Positions 9,967-18,590 of a stretch of DNA of 64,000 nucleotides are shown here, one piece after another. Position 1 is the stretch's first letter; each line of letters opens with the position of its first letter. The notes under the pieces were generated by a model, which was given only the letters and a program-made list of their open reading frames with translations, was not told where the DNA came from and did not search any database. Source of the DNA: Bryobacterales bacterium (GTDB lineage: Bacteria; Acidobacteriota; Terriglobia; Bryobacterales; Bryobacteraceae); contig CAWKEP010000010.1 of the NCBI GenBank assembly GCA_963848735.1, positions 305,083 to 369,082 on the forward strand, written 5' to 3'. Both the position numbers and the translations under genes were made by a program.

Positions 9967-10845
9967 ATGTCCACAAATGATTCTGGCGGTTCGCCGCGCT
10001 CGCACACCGCTGCACTCTGGGTTTTAGGCGCTGGGATGGCTCTTGCGTTGGCGGGAAACGCTTATCAGTTCTCAAAGAGCGCGCACCTGTCGAGCGATAT
10101 GGCAGCGAATGAGCGCAGCACTCAACTCGAAATTCGCAAGCTGGCCGATACCGCCGGCGCGGCGCTGCAACTGGATCAAGAGCGCTTCGATCAGTTGAAA
10201 GATCAACTCAACACGACTGCGGCCGCCACTCTGCGCCAAGCCCGGTCGGAAGTTAAGCGCAGCAATTCGCAACTGACGGAAAGTCTGTCGCAAGCTCATC
10301 AGGACGTGGTCAGCCAACTGTCCGAATTGAAGCAGGAGACCAGCAGCAAGATCAACGACACCAGCGAAAAGCTAAACGATACCAGCGCGAAGCTGAACGA
10401 CACCAGCGCCAAGCTGAATCGAGTGTCGGGCGATCTCGATCAGACCGGTTCCGATGTGCGGCGCGTGGTGGGAGATCTGGGCGTGGTGAGCGGTCAAGTG
10501 GCCACCAACGCCAAAGAGCTTGCGGCTCTGCGGGAACTTGGTGAGCGCAACTATTTCGAATTCAATCTCAGCAAGGCGAATGAGCCCCAAAAGGTGGGCG
10601 ATATTCGGTTGGTGCTGCGAAAATCGGATCCGAAGCACAATCGCTACACGCTGGAAGTGATGGCCGACGATAAGATTGTGGAGAAGCGGGACAAGACCAT
10701 CAACGAGCCGGTGCAGCTCTATGTGTCAGGCAACCGCCAGCCTTATGAAATCGTGGTGAACCAGGTGAAGAAGAACGAAGTGGTGGGTTATCTGTCCACT
10801 CCCAAGGTCAGGATGCAGCTGTCGAGCGCGCATTTGACGCATTAA
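9967..10845 (+). CDS. hypothetical membrane-anchored coiled-coil protein with a C-terminal beta-rich domain
   Basis: AAGGAGG ends at 9960. ATG 9967 has better spacing than ATG 9961. One TM helix, a long heptad region including KxNDTSx repeats, and a C-terminal domain YFEFNLSK...YEIVVNQVKKNEVVGYL. Confidence 0.7.
   Translation: MSTNDSGGSPRSHTAALWVLGAGMALALAGNAYQFSKSAHLSSDMAANERSTQLEIRKLADTAGAALQLDQERFDQLKDQLNTTAAATLRQARSEVKRSNSQLTESLSQAHQDVVSQLSELKQETSSKINDTSEKLNDTSAKLNDTSAKLNRVSGDLDQTGSDVRRVVGDLGVVSGQVATNAKELAALRELGERNYFEFNLSKANEPQKVGDIRLVLRKSDPKHNRYTLEVMADDKIVEKRDKTINEPVQLYVSGNRQPYEIVVNQVKKNEVVGYLSTPKVRMQLSSAHLTH
10348..10431 (+). repeat. 3.5 tandem copies of a 21-nt (7-codon) unit inside the coiled-coil gene
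   Basis: aagatcaacgacaccagcgaa / aagctaaacgataccagcgcg / aagctgaacgacaccagcgcc / aagctgaatcgagtgtcgggc, encoding K(I/L)NDTS(E/A) x3 then KLNRVSG. Confidence 0.85.
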
Positions 10846-11891
10846 CGGCGCGATTGCAGGTCGCTATAGCTGGGTAATCCCGCGATTCCCTGCGCGTTCA
10901 TCACCGCCCGCAACACCGCCCGGGCCATCACATCCGCAGCCAATGCTCCAATGGCGCCGTGATTGGCCCGCGCGGCAATGGAACCTGTAGCGACGGCAAA
11001 AATGGTATCGCCATCGCTCGGCGTGTGGACCGGATAGATGGTCCGCGCCAAACCGTCGTGAGCCATCTGCGCGACTTTGGCGGCCTGCACCTTATCGAGC
11101 GCGACGTTGGTGGCCACCACTCCGATGGTGGTGTTCGCGCTACTGGCAGCCACGCTGTAGCCTTCCCGCATGCGCGCCATCGAATCCATGAACCCGCTGC
11201 CATCCGGCTTGCGGGCGCCCGCGATAATCTTGCCCGTCTTCGGATCCACGACGTCGCCCACGGCGTTCACCGCAACAATCGCCCCGACCACAATCCCTGT
11301 GTTGCCGACGCGAACGCTGGCGCTTCCCAGGCCAGACTTCATGGCCTGCTTCATGCCAAACATTTTTCCGATTACGGCACCTGCGCCCGCGCCAACATTA
11401 CCCTCCGCCACGGGCTGCGTGGTGGCCGCCTGACTGGCCTTGTATCCCGATTCGGCCGTGGGACGGATCTTCGCGTCACCGATCTCCAAGTCATAAAGAA
11501 TCGCCGCCGGGACGATCGGCACCACGACATCTCCGACGGCATAGCCCAATCGATGTTCTTCCAAATACCGGACTACGCCTGACGCGGCGTCTAATCCAAA
11601 CGCGCTTCCGCCCGCGAGCAGAATCGCTTGCACCTGCTGCACGGTGTTGATGGGATTCAAGAGGTCGGTCTCACGCGTACCCGGCGCCGACCCGCGGACA
11701 TCCACGCCAGCGGTCGCGCCCTTTTCGAACAGCAGCACGCTGCAACCAGTGGGCCGGCGCGAATCGGTAAAGTGCCCAACCTTCACGCCCTGCACGTCCG
11801 TGATGCTTCCGGCCGTCTCCGTTTCCGCCGCTTGAATCGCAGGCAAAGCGACCCCCGCGGTTATGGCGGCAAGGAACTCGCGACGTTTCAT
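10842..11891 (-). CDS. P1/S58 family peptidase (DmpA-like aminopeptidase) with TAT-like signal
   Basis: Start trimmed to MKRREFLAAITAG (ATG 11891). GVKVGHFTD, GCSVLL, GSAPGTRETDLL, LLAGGSAFGLDAA and NTTIGVVATN are typical of the DmpA/S58 family. Confidence 0.85.
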   Translation of the reverse strand: MKRREFLAAITAGVALPAIQAAETETAGSITDVQGVKVGHFTDSRRPTGCSVLLFEKGATAGVDVRGSAPGTRETDLLNPINTVQQVQAILLAGGSAFGLDAASGVVRYLEEHRLGYAVGDVVVPIVPAAILYDLEIGDAKIRPTAESGYKASQAATTQPVAEGNVGAGAGAVIGKMFGMKQAMKSGLGSASVRVGNTGIVVGAIVAVNAVGDVVDPKTGKIIAGARKPDGSGFMDSMARMREGYSVAASSANTTIGVVATNVALDKVQAAKVAQMAHDGLARTIYPVHTPSDGDTIFAVATGSIAARANHGAIGALAADVMARAVLRAVMNAQGIAGLPSYSDLQSRR

Positions 11892-11954
11892 CTTTATCCA
11901 GGTTACTCCCGGACCGGTTGCCTCGCTTACGAGACACGCGCTAGAGTCAGCATT

Positions 11955-13010
11955 GTGAGACGCTTTTGCGGGATCCTGTTCGCGACCTTTACGCTGTTGG
12001 CGCAAAATCAACCCGGGCAGACCTGGACGTTCGCCGTGTCGGGCGATTCGCGCAACTGCGGCGACATTGTAATGCCGGCCATTGCCGCGGGCGTACACAA
12101 AAGGAATGCCGTTTTTTACTGGCACTTGGGCGATTTCCGCGCCATTTACAATATCGACGAGGATATGTCGCCACCCGCCCATCTCGGCTTGCACAACGAG
12201 CCTCTCGAAAGGGCCGCCTACCACAAGCTAGCCTGGCCCGATTTCATCGCCCACGAGCTAGAGCCCTTCGGTCCGTTGCCAATTTATTTGCTGATGGGCA
12301 ACCATGAAGTGGCACCGCCCATGACGCGGGAAGCTTGGCTGGTGCAGTTTGCCGATTGGCTGGAAACGCCTGTTCTGCGAACTCAGCGCCTGAAAGACGA
12401 TCCCACCGATCACAAATTGCACGCTTACTACCACTGGATTGTGCAAAATGTCGACTTCATCTCGCTCGACAACTCCGGCATCGATCAGTTCGAACCCGAG
12501 CAAATGAATTGGCTACGCGGAGTGCTGGCACGCGATGAAGCGTCGCCGGAAATCCGGACTATCGTGGCCGGAATGCACGAAGCGCTACCTGGCAGTCTGG
12601 CCAGCCAGCACAGCATGAGCTCAACGCCGATCGGCGACAAGACCGGGCGCGAAACCTATGAAGCACTGTGGCACGCGCACGAAACCGCCGGCAAGCATGT
12701 GTACGTTGTCGCCAGCCACTCGCACTTCTATATGGACAACGTTTTCGACACGGCCGAGTGGAAGGACAAGGTTCTACCTGGCTGGATCATCGGCACGGCC
12801 GGAGCCCAGCGCTACAAGCTGCCGTCCAAAATCACTCCCGCGCAGCATGCGCAGACGAATGTCTACGGCTATATGATCGCCACTGTCACCCCAGACGGCA
12901 CGGTGTCGTTCGTCTTCGACCGTTTGAGCCTGGACGATATCCGCGCGGTTACGGGCGCCAGCTATCCGGAGCAGCTTTTGCGCTGGTGTTACGAAAACAA
13001 TCACCAATAA
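11955..13010 (+). CDS. metallophosphoesterase family protein with signal peptide
   Basis: Start trimmed to GTG 11955 (VRRFCGILFATFTLLAQ). FAVSGDSRNCGD, HLGDF, GNHE, SHSH. The upstream part of track ORF 11628..13010 overlaps the divergent peptidase gene. Confidence 0.75.
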   Translation: MRRFCGILFATFTLLAQNQPGQTWTFAVSGDSRNCGDIVMPAIAAGVHKRNAVFYWHLGDFRAIYNIDEDMSPPAHLGLHNEPLERAAYHKLAWPDFIAHELEPFGPLPIYLLMGNHEVAPPMTREAWLVQFADWLETPVLRTQRLKDDPTDHKLHAYYHWIVQNVDFISLDNSGIDQFEPEQMNWLRGVLARDEASPEIRTIVAGMHEALPGSLASQHSMSSTPIGDKTGRETYEALWHAHETAGKHVYVVASHSHFYMDNVFDTAEWKDKVLPGWIIGTAGAQRYKLPSKITPAQHAQTNVYGYMIATVTPDGTVSFVFDRLSLDDIRAVTGASYPEQLLRWCYENNHQ

Positions 13011-13021
13011 AGAACCCCACG

Positions 13022-13984
13022 CTACTTGCCCGCGCTCTCCCAGCCCGTCTTTGAGTTGTACGGCATCAAGAAGCCCATGGCTTCGATCTCGTGAAACTTG
13101 CCGCCTTGGATTTTGAAGATGTGCGCGGCCGGAAGGTCGAAGGCTTTGAAAGGCATGTCGATTTTGTCCAATCCGGGAACGCCCACGATTTTGACGTAAT
13201 TCTTTTCCATCGGCTGGCGGAACTGCGACAGCCCGAAAACCAAGCCGGTCTCCGGGTCGGCAATCCATACGCGGCGGGGCTCGATTCTGGTGATGTAGTC
13301 GAAGGTATGGGTCTTGATTTGCGCTTCGCAGCCCATGGCGCCCGTGATTCCCATCCCAGGCGTCTTGGAAGGCGGATTGCCGGTGGTCTGCATTCCGTTT
13401 TCGCGGCGCAGGCAATCGTCGGCGAACGGCGCATTGTTGCTGTCGGCGGTAACCAGCGCCGTGTAATAGGATTCGCCGATCTTGAGCATCTTTTCGCGGG
13501 GCATTCTTTCGGAGGGCGGCACGGTGGCAAGCAGCCCCGGCCGGGGCGTCTGCAAATTCTTGAGACTGTTCTCGCTTAGGCCGCGCGCGATTAAATGCTC
13601 GGCTTCGATAATCTTGCCGTCTTTCAGCTTCAGGCGCAGGCCAAACTGGATGGGCTTTTCGCCATCCTTATCATGCTCCTTCATCACGCACAGAAAGCCC
13701 ACCTGCTGGGCCACGGGATCGGGGACATAAATCTTGAATGTTGTTGGACCCTCCGATGCCGTCTTCCACAACCCTTCGCCGGGCTTCAGCTGGTTTGTAT
13801 TTTCGACGAACACAACGCCGGCTGCCAGCGGGGCTTGCGACGGATCGTGGGACACCAGGGCAGCGATGTAGGTGTCCACGGTTTTTTCCAAACATGCTCG
13901 ATCGCACTTGGCTGCGATCGCGTTAACGCTTGTCCCCGCCAAGGCCAAGCCGAAAATCAAACCAGCATTTAAGATTTTGGTCAT
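13022..13984 (-). CDS. hypothetical secreted protein
   Basis: Intact 320-aa ORF with a signal peptide (MTKILNAGLIFGLALAGTSVNAIA). No domain I can name with confidence. Confidence 0.6.
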   Translation of the reverse strand: MTKILNAGLIFGLALAGTSVNAIAAKCDRACLEKTVDTYIAALVSHDPSQAPLAAGVVFVENTNQLKPGEGLWKTASEGPTTFKIYVPDPVAQQVGFLCVMKEHDKDGEKPIQFGLRLKLKDGKIIEAEHLIARGLSENSLKNLQTPRPGLLATVPPSERMPREKMLKIGESYYTALVTADSNNAPFADDCLRRENGMQTTGNPPSKTPGMGITGAMGCEAQIKTHTFDYITRIEPRRVWIADPETGLVFGLSQFRQPMEKNYVKIVGVPGLDKIDMPFKAFDLPAAHIFKIQGGKFHEIEAMGFLMPYNSKTGWESAGK

Positions 13985-14049
13985 CGACCTAAGATCCTAT
14001 CAATTGACACCGTCTCCCGCTCAGGCGTCACAATGGAGAAGGGGGCCAC

Positions 14050-14481
14050 ATGGCATTCGAGCACGACCATCTCGATATTCATCAAAGGGAGCAGGAGGGT
14101 GTTGTCATCCTGGATCTCCATGGACATGTTGTGCTCGGCCGCGGCGACTGCGCGCTGCGGGACGCCGTAGAATCTCTCTTCGATCAGGGGAATCGGCAAC
14201 TGATCCTCAACTTCGCCCAGGTTGCCAACATCGACGTGTCAGGCGCTGGAACCATCCTGGCCTTGGCTGAACAATATCAAGCAGCAGGAGGCAAGCTAGT
14301 GATGCTTCAACTGGCGCATCCACACGAAGAACTGTATGAAAAGGCGCGGCTGGAAGCAATCCTCGAGATGTACGCACTGGAACTGGACGCGGTGAACAGC
14401 TTCTTCCCGGATCGCGCCGTCGCGCACTACGACATTCTGGACTATATCGACCACCGCGATCATCCGGAAAAGAAGATCTGA
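14050..14481 (+). CDS. STAS-domain protein (anti-sigma-factor antagonist-like)
   Basis: VVILDLHGHVVLG..., LILNFAQVANIDVSGAGTILAL and GGKLVMLQL match the SpoIIAA/STAS pattern. Confidence 0.75.
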   Translation: MAFEHDHLDIHQREQEGVVILDLHGHVVLGRGDCALRDAVESLFDQGNRQLILNFAQVANIDVSGAGTILALAEQYQAAGGKLVMLQLAHPHEELYEKARLEAILEMYALELDAVNSFFPDRAVAHYDILDYIDHRDHPEKKI

Positions 14482-14493
14482 TCCGTTACGCTC

Positions 14494-15469
14494 TCAAGTG
14501 GTAAAGAACATCCGCCAGGTGGTGACCACCAGGGCGTGCGTCACCATGCTGGCCTTTACGCTACGCGCCTTGATCAAGGCCAGGCCGCAGAACAGGCCGA
14601 GTACGCCGGCGATGGTCGCGATCCGCCAGTTCGGAAATTTGCGGAACGGAAGGTGCGCCAGGCCGAAAAGCACCGATGCGGCCAGCAATCCCGCCGTTTC
14701 GCTATGCAGACGGCGTATCAGCACTTGTTGCAGGAAGGCTCGAAAGAAGAACTCCTCGGCCAGGGCAACCACCCACAAGATGCCTGCAAATGTCGCAACC
14801 AGCACCAAGAGAAACTTCCACCACTCGAGCTGCTGGGGATGAAATCGCGCGAACCGCTCCCAGTAGCCCAGGGCGGCGCCTACCGGCAGGAAGTAGAAGT
14901 AATGCTGTATTCCGACGCGCCAGTCCTGGGGCGACGGCAGAAATCCGAGGCGGGCGTCATCGAGCGGCCGCAGCGAAAGCACCGCCATCAATCCCACGCG
15001 GATCCACATCAGCTGTCCCAAGATGGCGAGCGGGACGTGAGGCGCCGGATTTCCGTAGATCTGATCGAACGGCTTGCTCAGGTAGACGCCTGCCATGAAT
15101 CCGAGAAAGAGAAGATCGGCAAGAAGGCACCCGGAACCCAGGCGTACCAGAACGCGGCTACCAAAACGATCCCCAGCAACTCGATGAAATGGATCCATTG
15201 GAATGATCCTAGCCGCGAGGTCTCGATTAGATAAGGAAGCATCGCGCTCGCGCTCAACATTGCCGCCCGCAGAGGTTTGGAGCCCAACGAATCGAATTTC
15301 CTGCGTGCCGCCGGGAATCCCGGAGCCAGGTAAAACAAAATCTCGAGCAGAAAGCCGGCACCACCGCTATCGCGATGCTTGACGGGATATGCTGTTGTTG
15401 GGAGTAAACGTAGGCTGCGATGGAAGCTGCTATACAAACCAGGGGCAGCGTCGTCACGAACTGGCGCAT
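14494..15469 (-). pseudogene. CPBP family intramembrane glutamic endopeptidase (CAAX protease-like), two frame breaks (~15355, ~15115)
   Basis: EEFFFRAFL, FGLAHL and a distal H are in ORF 14494..15198. The N-terminal TM helices continue in ORFs 15078..15437 and 15254..15469. Confidence 0.75.
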
Positions 15470-16193
15470 CTGCTACATCCTAGCATCGGCTCTTTCGATC
15501 TCCTGCCTGGCCGCGGCCGCTGACGAACCACCGCCGAATCTAGTTCGTCTGATAGCAGCGCGGGAAACGGAGACCGCCCAAGCGCAAAGCAACTACACGT
15601 ACCGCCAGACGGTGACGCTGGACGAACTCGATCCCAAGGGCTTGGCCGAGGGCACTTATCGCGAAGTTCGCGACATCATCTTTTCACCAGCGCAGGAGCG
15701 CAGCGAGCAGATGGTGGGCAAACCGTATCGCACCTTGACCCATCTCCAAATGACCGACGAAGATTTTCGCGATCTGCGCGACGTGCAGCCTTTTCTGCTC
15801 ACCAAAGATCAGGCTTTTCTTTATCAAACGCAATTTCGCGGCGAGGAGAATATGGACGGCGTGGATTGCTTCGTCGTTCAAATTCGCCCGCGCCAGATCC
15901 TGGATGGCCAGCGCCTGTTCGACGGCATGCTATGGGTCTCGAAGAAGGATTATTCGGTGATCCGCAGTGAAGGCCAGGCGGTTCCCGAGATCCGCACGCT
16001 CAAAACCGAAAACTTGTTTCCGCACTTCACCACCCTCCGTCAAAAGGTGGCAGGTGATTTCTGGTTCCCCATCACGACGTATGGCGACGACACATTGTAT
16101 TTCCGGGGCGGCGCGCAGCGTATCCGGCTGACCATCCGCTGTACCGATTACCGCCGCTTCGGCGCCGACTCTAAGATTACGTTCGACAAATAG
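15420..16193 (+). CDS. secreted protein, LolA-like / outer-membrane lipoprotein-sorting-like fold (tentative)
   Basis: Signal-peptide-like N-terminus. The pattern MDGVDCFVVQIRP...LWVSKKDYSVIRSEG...DFWFPITT resembles LolA-like family proteins. Start codon uncertain. Confidence 0.5.
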   Translation: MEAAIQTRGSVVTNWRICYILASALSISCLAAAADEPPPNLVRLIAARETETAQAQSNYTYRQTVTLDELDPKGLAEGTYREVRDIIFSPAQERSEQMVGKPYRTLTHLQMTDEDFRDLRDVQPFLLTKDQAFLYQTQFRGEENMDGVDCFVVQIRPRQILDGQRLFDGMLWVSKKDYSVIRSEGQAVPEIRTLKTENLFPHFTTLRQKVAGDFWFPITTYGDDTLYFRGGAQRIRLTIRCTDYRRFGADSKITFDK

Positions 16194-16270
16194 AGCCGAA
16201 CCTTCGTGTTAAGCGCTTCGTATAGAGTGTAGAATCTAGATATTCCGATCTGAGACCAACGGGAGGGTGC

Positions 16271-16654
16271 ATGGCGCAACACGTGAAGATCTTGGGGATT
16301 TTGCATATCATTTTCGGAGCCTTGGGCGTACTGGCCGCTATTATAGTGCTCATGATCTTTGGCGGCATCTCAGCCATCGTGGGCTTGTCCGACCATTCTC
16401 CCGACAACGCGGCGGCCGCGCCGATTCTAGGCGTGATTGGCGGCTTCGTGTTCTTCCTTGTTCTGGTGCTTTCGCTGCCCGGCCTGGTGGCGGGCATCGG
16501 GCTAATTCAATACCGGTCGTTGGGCGCGCCTGACGACCATCATCCTTTCCGCGTTCGACCTGCTGAGTATTCCGTTTGGCACTGCGTTGGGTGTGTATGG
16601 CCTGTGGGTGATGCTCAACCCGGAAACCGAACGGTTGTTTGCCGCTCCGCCTGA
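16271..16654 (+). pseudogene. small polytopic membrane protein, frame broken near 16520; 3' end uncertain
   Basis: The TM-rich N-terminal 85 aa are in-frame. The expected continuation WARLTTIILSAFDLLSIPFGTALGVYGLWVMLNPETERLF reads in another frame (ORF 16587..16805). Confidence 0.5.
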
Positions 16655-17671
16655 CGCGCGCCGCTTGAGCCCGGACGGATCGAAGCCGTCGCCAGTGCGC
16701 CGCATCCAATCGCCGAGTAGAGCTTTGAGCTCGTTCCGTTTCAATTCGAGGCCGGGATCTCGCGCACGATTGTCCATTTCATCCGGGTCAATCCCAAGAT
16801 TATAGAGCCCGATGGCATTCTGTTCGCGATCCACTACAAGCTTGTCGAGCCCGCGCACCAGCATGTGCCATTCGCCGGGAGTTCCCAGCCGTCCAACAGA
16901 ATAGACGGATTGAGGCTGCGCGCCGGTGAGATTGCGGCCTTGCATGGACTCTGGCGGACTTAAGCCGCACAGAGTCAGCAGCGTGGGCGCCAGATCCACC
17001 GTGGACGCGAGGACACCAGCGCGATGGCCGGGTTCAAGGCGTCCGGGTGATCGTAACATTAGGGGTATGCGCACCGAGGGCTCCAGCGGACCCGATCCGT
17101 ATCCGTGATCGGACGTGAAGGCGACGACGGTTCCACTCTTGAGCCCTTGGTCGTCGATGGCCGCAAGCAGCCGCCCGGTGTTTTCGTCCATAGCGGCAGC
17201 ATTGGTTGGATGCCAGGCAATCAATGCACAAAACGGATTGCGGCGGTTTTGCTTGATAAAATTGACGACGGCGTCAGTTTCCCCCTCGTTCTTGGGACCG
17301 CCCAAATGCCAGTCGCCCAGTACCGTGGTTTGGTATCCGGCGTCCTTAAGAATTCGGGCGAGGGTGGTTTGATCCGCAGGCAAGGGCATGCCATCCCGCG
17401 GAACGCCGCACGCGAAGGGAAAGCGGCCCGTGATCAAAGATGCCTGCGACGGTCCGGTCTCCGGGCAAGCGACATAGGCCCGTTCGAATTGGAGGCTTTC
17501 CTGGGCGAAGCGGGTGAGATTTGGAAGGCGAAGAGCGGGATCGAGCGCGAAATCGGGCACACCGCTGGCGAGCATGACGACCAAATTGGGGAGGCGGGTT
17601 TGAGCCCAGCCGAGGCTGCCTGAAACCGCCACCAGGCCGGCGGATTGCAGAAAATCCCGGCGGCTCGGCAT
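16502..17671 (-). CDS. sulfatase-fold protein with TAT signal and degenerate active site
   Basis: MPSRRDFLQSAG (twin-Arg). Sulfatase blocks FTSDHGYG, VRIPLML, DLAPTLL. The C/S-x-P-x-R motif reads TGPSQASLITGR and the DD metal site reads SG. The 3' end overlaps the convergent gene and may be wrong. Confidence 0.7.
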   Translation of the reverse strand: MPSRRDFLQSAGLVAVSGSLGWAQTRLPNLVVMLASGVPDFALDPALRLPNLTRFAQESLQFERAYVACPETGPSQASLITGRFPFACGVPRDGMPLPADQTTLARILKDAGYQTTVLGDWHLGGPKNEGETDAVVNFIKQNRRNPFCALIAWHPTNAAAMDENTGRLLAAIDDQGLKSGTVVAFTSDHGYGSGPLEPSVRIPLMLRSPGRLEPGHRAGVLASTVDLAPTLLTLCGLSPPESMQGRNLTGAQPQSVYSVGRLGTPGEWHMLVRGLDKLVVDREQNAIGLYNLGIDPDEMDNRARDPGLELKRNELKALLGDWMRRTGDGFDPSGLKRRASGGAANNRSVSGLSITHRPYTPNAVPNGILSRSNAERMMVVRRAQRPVLN

Positions 17672-17809
17672 GCTTGCTTCCCTTGGCAAGACACCTTAGT
17701 AACACACTAACGAGCGCCCCCGTATCGGCCGATAGCTGATTGGATCCTCCGGCGTTTCTGGTCAATCCGGGCGTCGATTTGGAAATGCCGGCTTGACGGT
17801 AGCTTAACT

Positions 17810-18181
17810 GTGGCGAAAATTATGCGGAGACTGCGCGTACGAAATCAATCCCGGGGAACGATGCTGGCCGATCGCGCCGAGGTTGCCGATACCAGTAAGA
17901 CACGAAAAATCGGTCTGTTGAAGCATGATCGCCTGGACAGCGGCGAGGGTCTCTGGATCAAGCCTTGCGAAGGCGTGCATACGGTGGGGATGAAGTTTCC
18001 CATCGACGTTCTGTTCTTAAACAAGAAGCGCCAGGTAGTAAAGATTCGCGCCGCGATGCCGCGCTGGCGGATGTCGCTTTGTCTGTGGGCGCATTCAGTG
18101 CTGGAGCTGCCCAGCGGGATGGCGGCGGAAACACAGACTGCGACGGGGGATCAGTTGGAATTGGAAACGTTCGAAGCCTAG
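17810..18181 (+). CDS. DUF192 domain protein
   Basis: GLWIKPCEGVHTVGMKFPIDVLFLNKKRQVV...VLELPSG matches the DUF192 (COG1430) pattern. GTG start. Confidence 0.75.
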   Translation: MAKIMRRLRVRNQSRGTMLADRAEVADTSKTRKIGLLKHDRLDSGEGLWIKPCEGVHTVGMKFPIDVLFLNKKRQVVKIRAAMPRWRMSLCLWAHSVLELPSGMAAETQTATGDQLELETFEA

Positions 18182-18480
18182 CGGCTGTCTTTGGGTGGCG
18201 TCTGCACGGTGATGGTGACAGCGACCAGGAATTTCAACATCTCCTGCCGGGCTTGAATGCTGACCTGATCGCCGGACATGATGTCCTCGATCTTAATTTC
18301 GTTCTTCCCGCGCATCACTTTCGTCTTGCGGTTGATCTCGAAGTCGAGAAGATTGCCTTCCTGGTTTTCGAGTGTGAGCTGCTTCTTTGAAATGCCGTGG
18401 ACCGTACCGGCGAAGTTCGCCAGCGGTATTTGCGCGGTGGCGAGGACAGCGATCAACAGCAATGTGGTCAATCGCGCCAA
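18178..18480 (-). CDS. hypothetical small secreted protein
   Basis: 100-aa ORF with a signal peptide (MARLTTLLLIAVLATAQ). Beta-rich. No named domain. Confidence 0.55.
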   Translation of the reverse strand: MARLTTLLLIAVLATAQIPLANFAGTVHGISKKQLTLENQEGNLLDFEINRKTKVMRGKNEIKIEDIMSGDQVSIQARQEMLKFLVAVTITVQTPPKDSR

Positions 18481-18554
18481 CGGAAAAACCTCCGGCGGTT
18501 CAAAAAATCGGGTTTCGCCATTTGTCCAACAGATTGAGGCAAATGCCCGCCGGA

Positions 18555-18583
18555 GTCAATCCCGTTTTTCACTCTTGTATAAT
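18555..18583 (+). promoter_or_regulatory. candidate promoter with TG-TATAAT 7 nt upstream of the M28 peptidase ATG
   Basis: tTGTATAAT at 18576-18583, weak -35 GTCAAT at 18555-18560 (17-nt spacer), then ccgagct and ATG 18591. No Shine-Dalgarno in between. Motif match only. Confidence 0.3.
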
Positions 18584-18590
18584 CCGAGCT

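Noticed and set aside
11628-12224. Mutually overlapping N-terminal extensions of ORFs 10842..12224(-) and 11628..13010(+).
   Set aside because: Both extensions are antisense to the other gene's real coding region. Signal-peptide-bearing internal starts (ATG 11891, GTG 11955) give a normal 63-nt divergent intergenic region.
14004-14034. TTGACA ... CACAAT promoter-like hexamers upstream of the STAS gene.
   Set aside because: The -35 is perfect, but the spacer is 18-19 nt and the -10 is poor. It would leave almost no 5' UTR before the GGAGAAGGGGG RBS. There is not enough support to list it as a feature.
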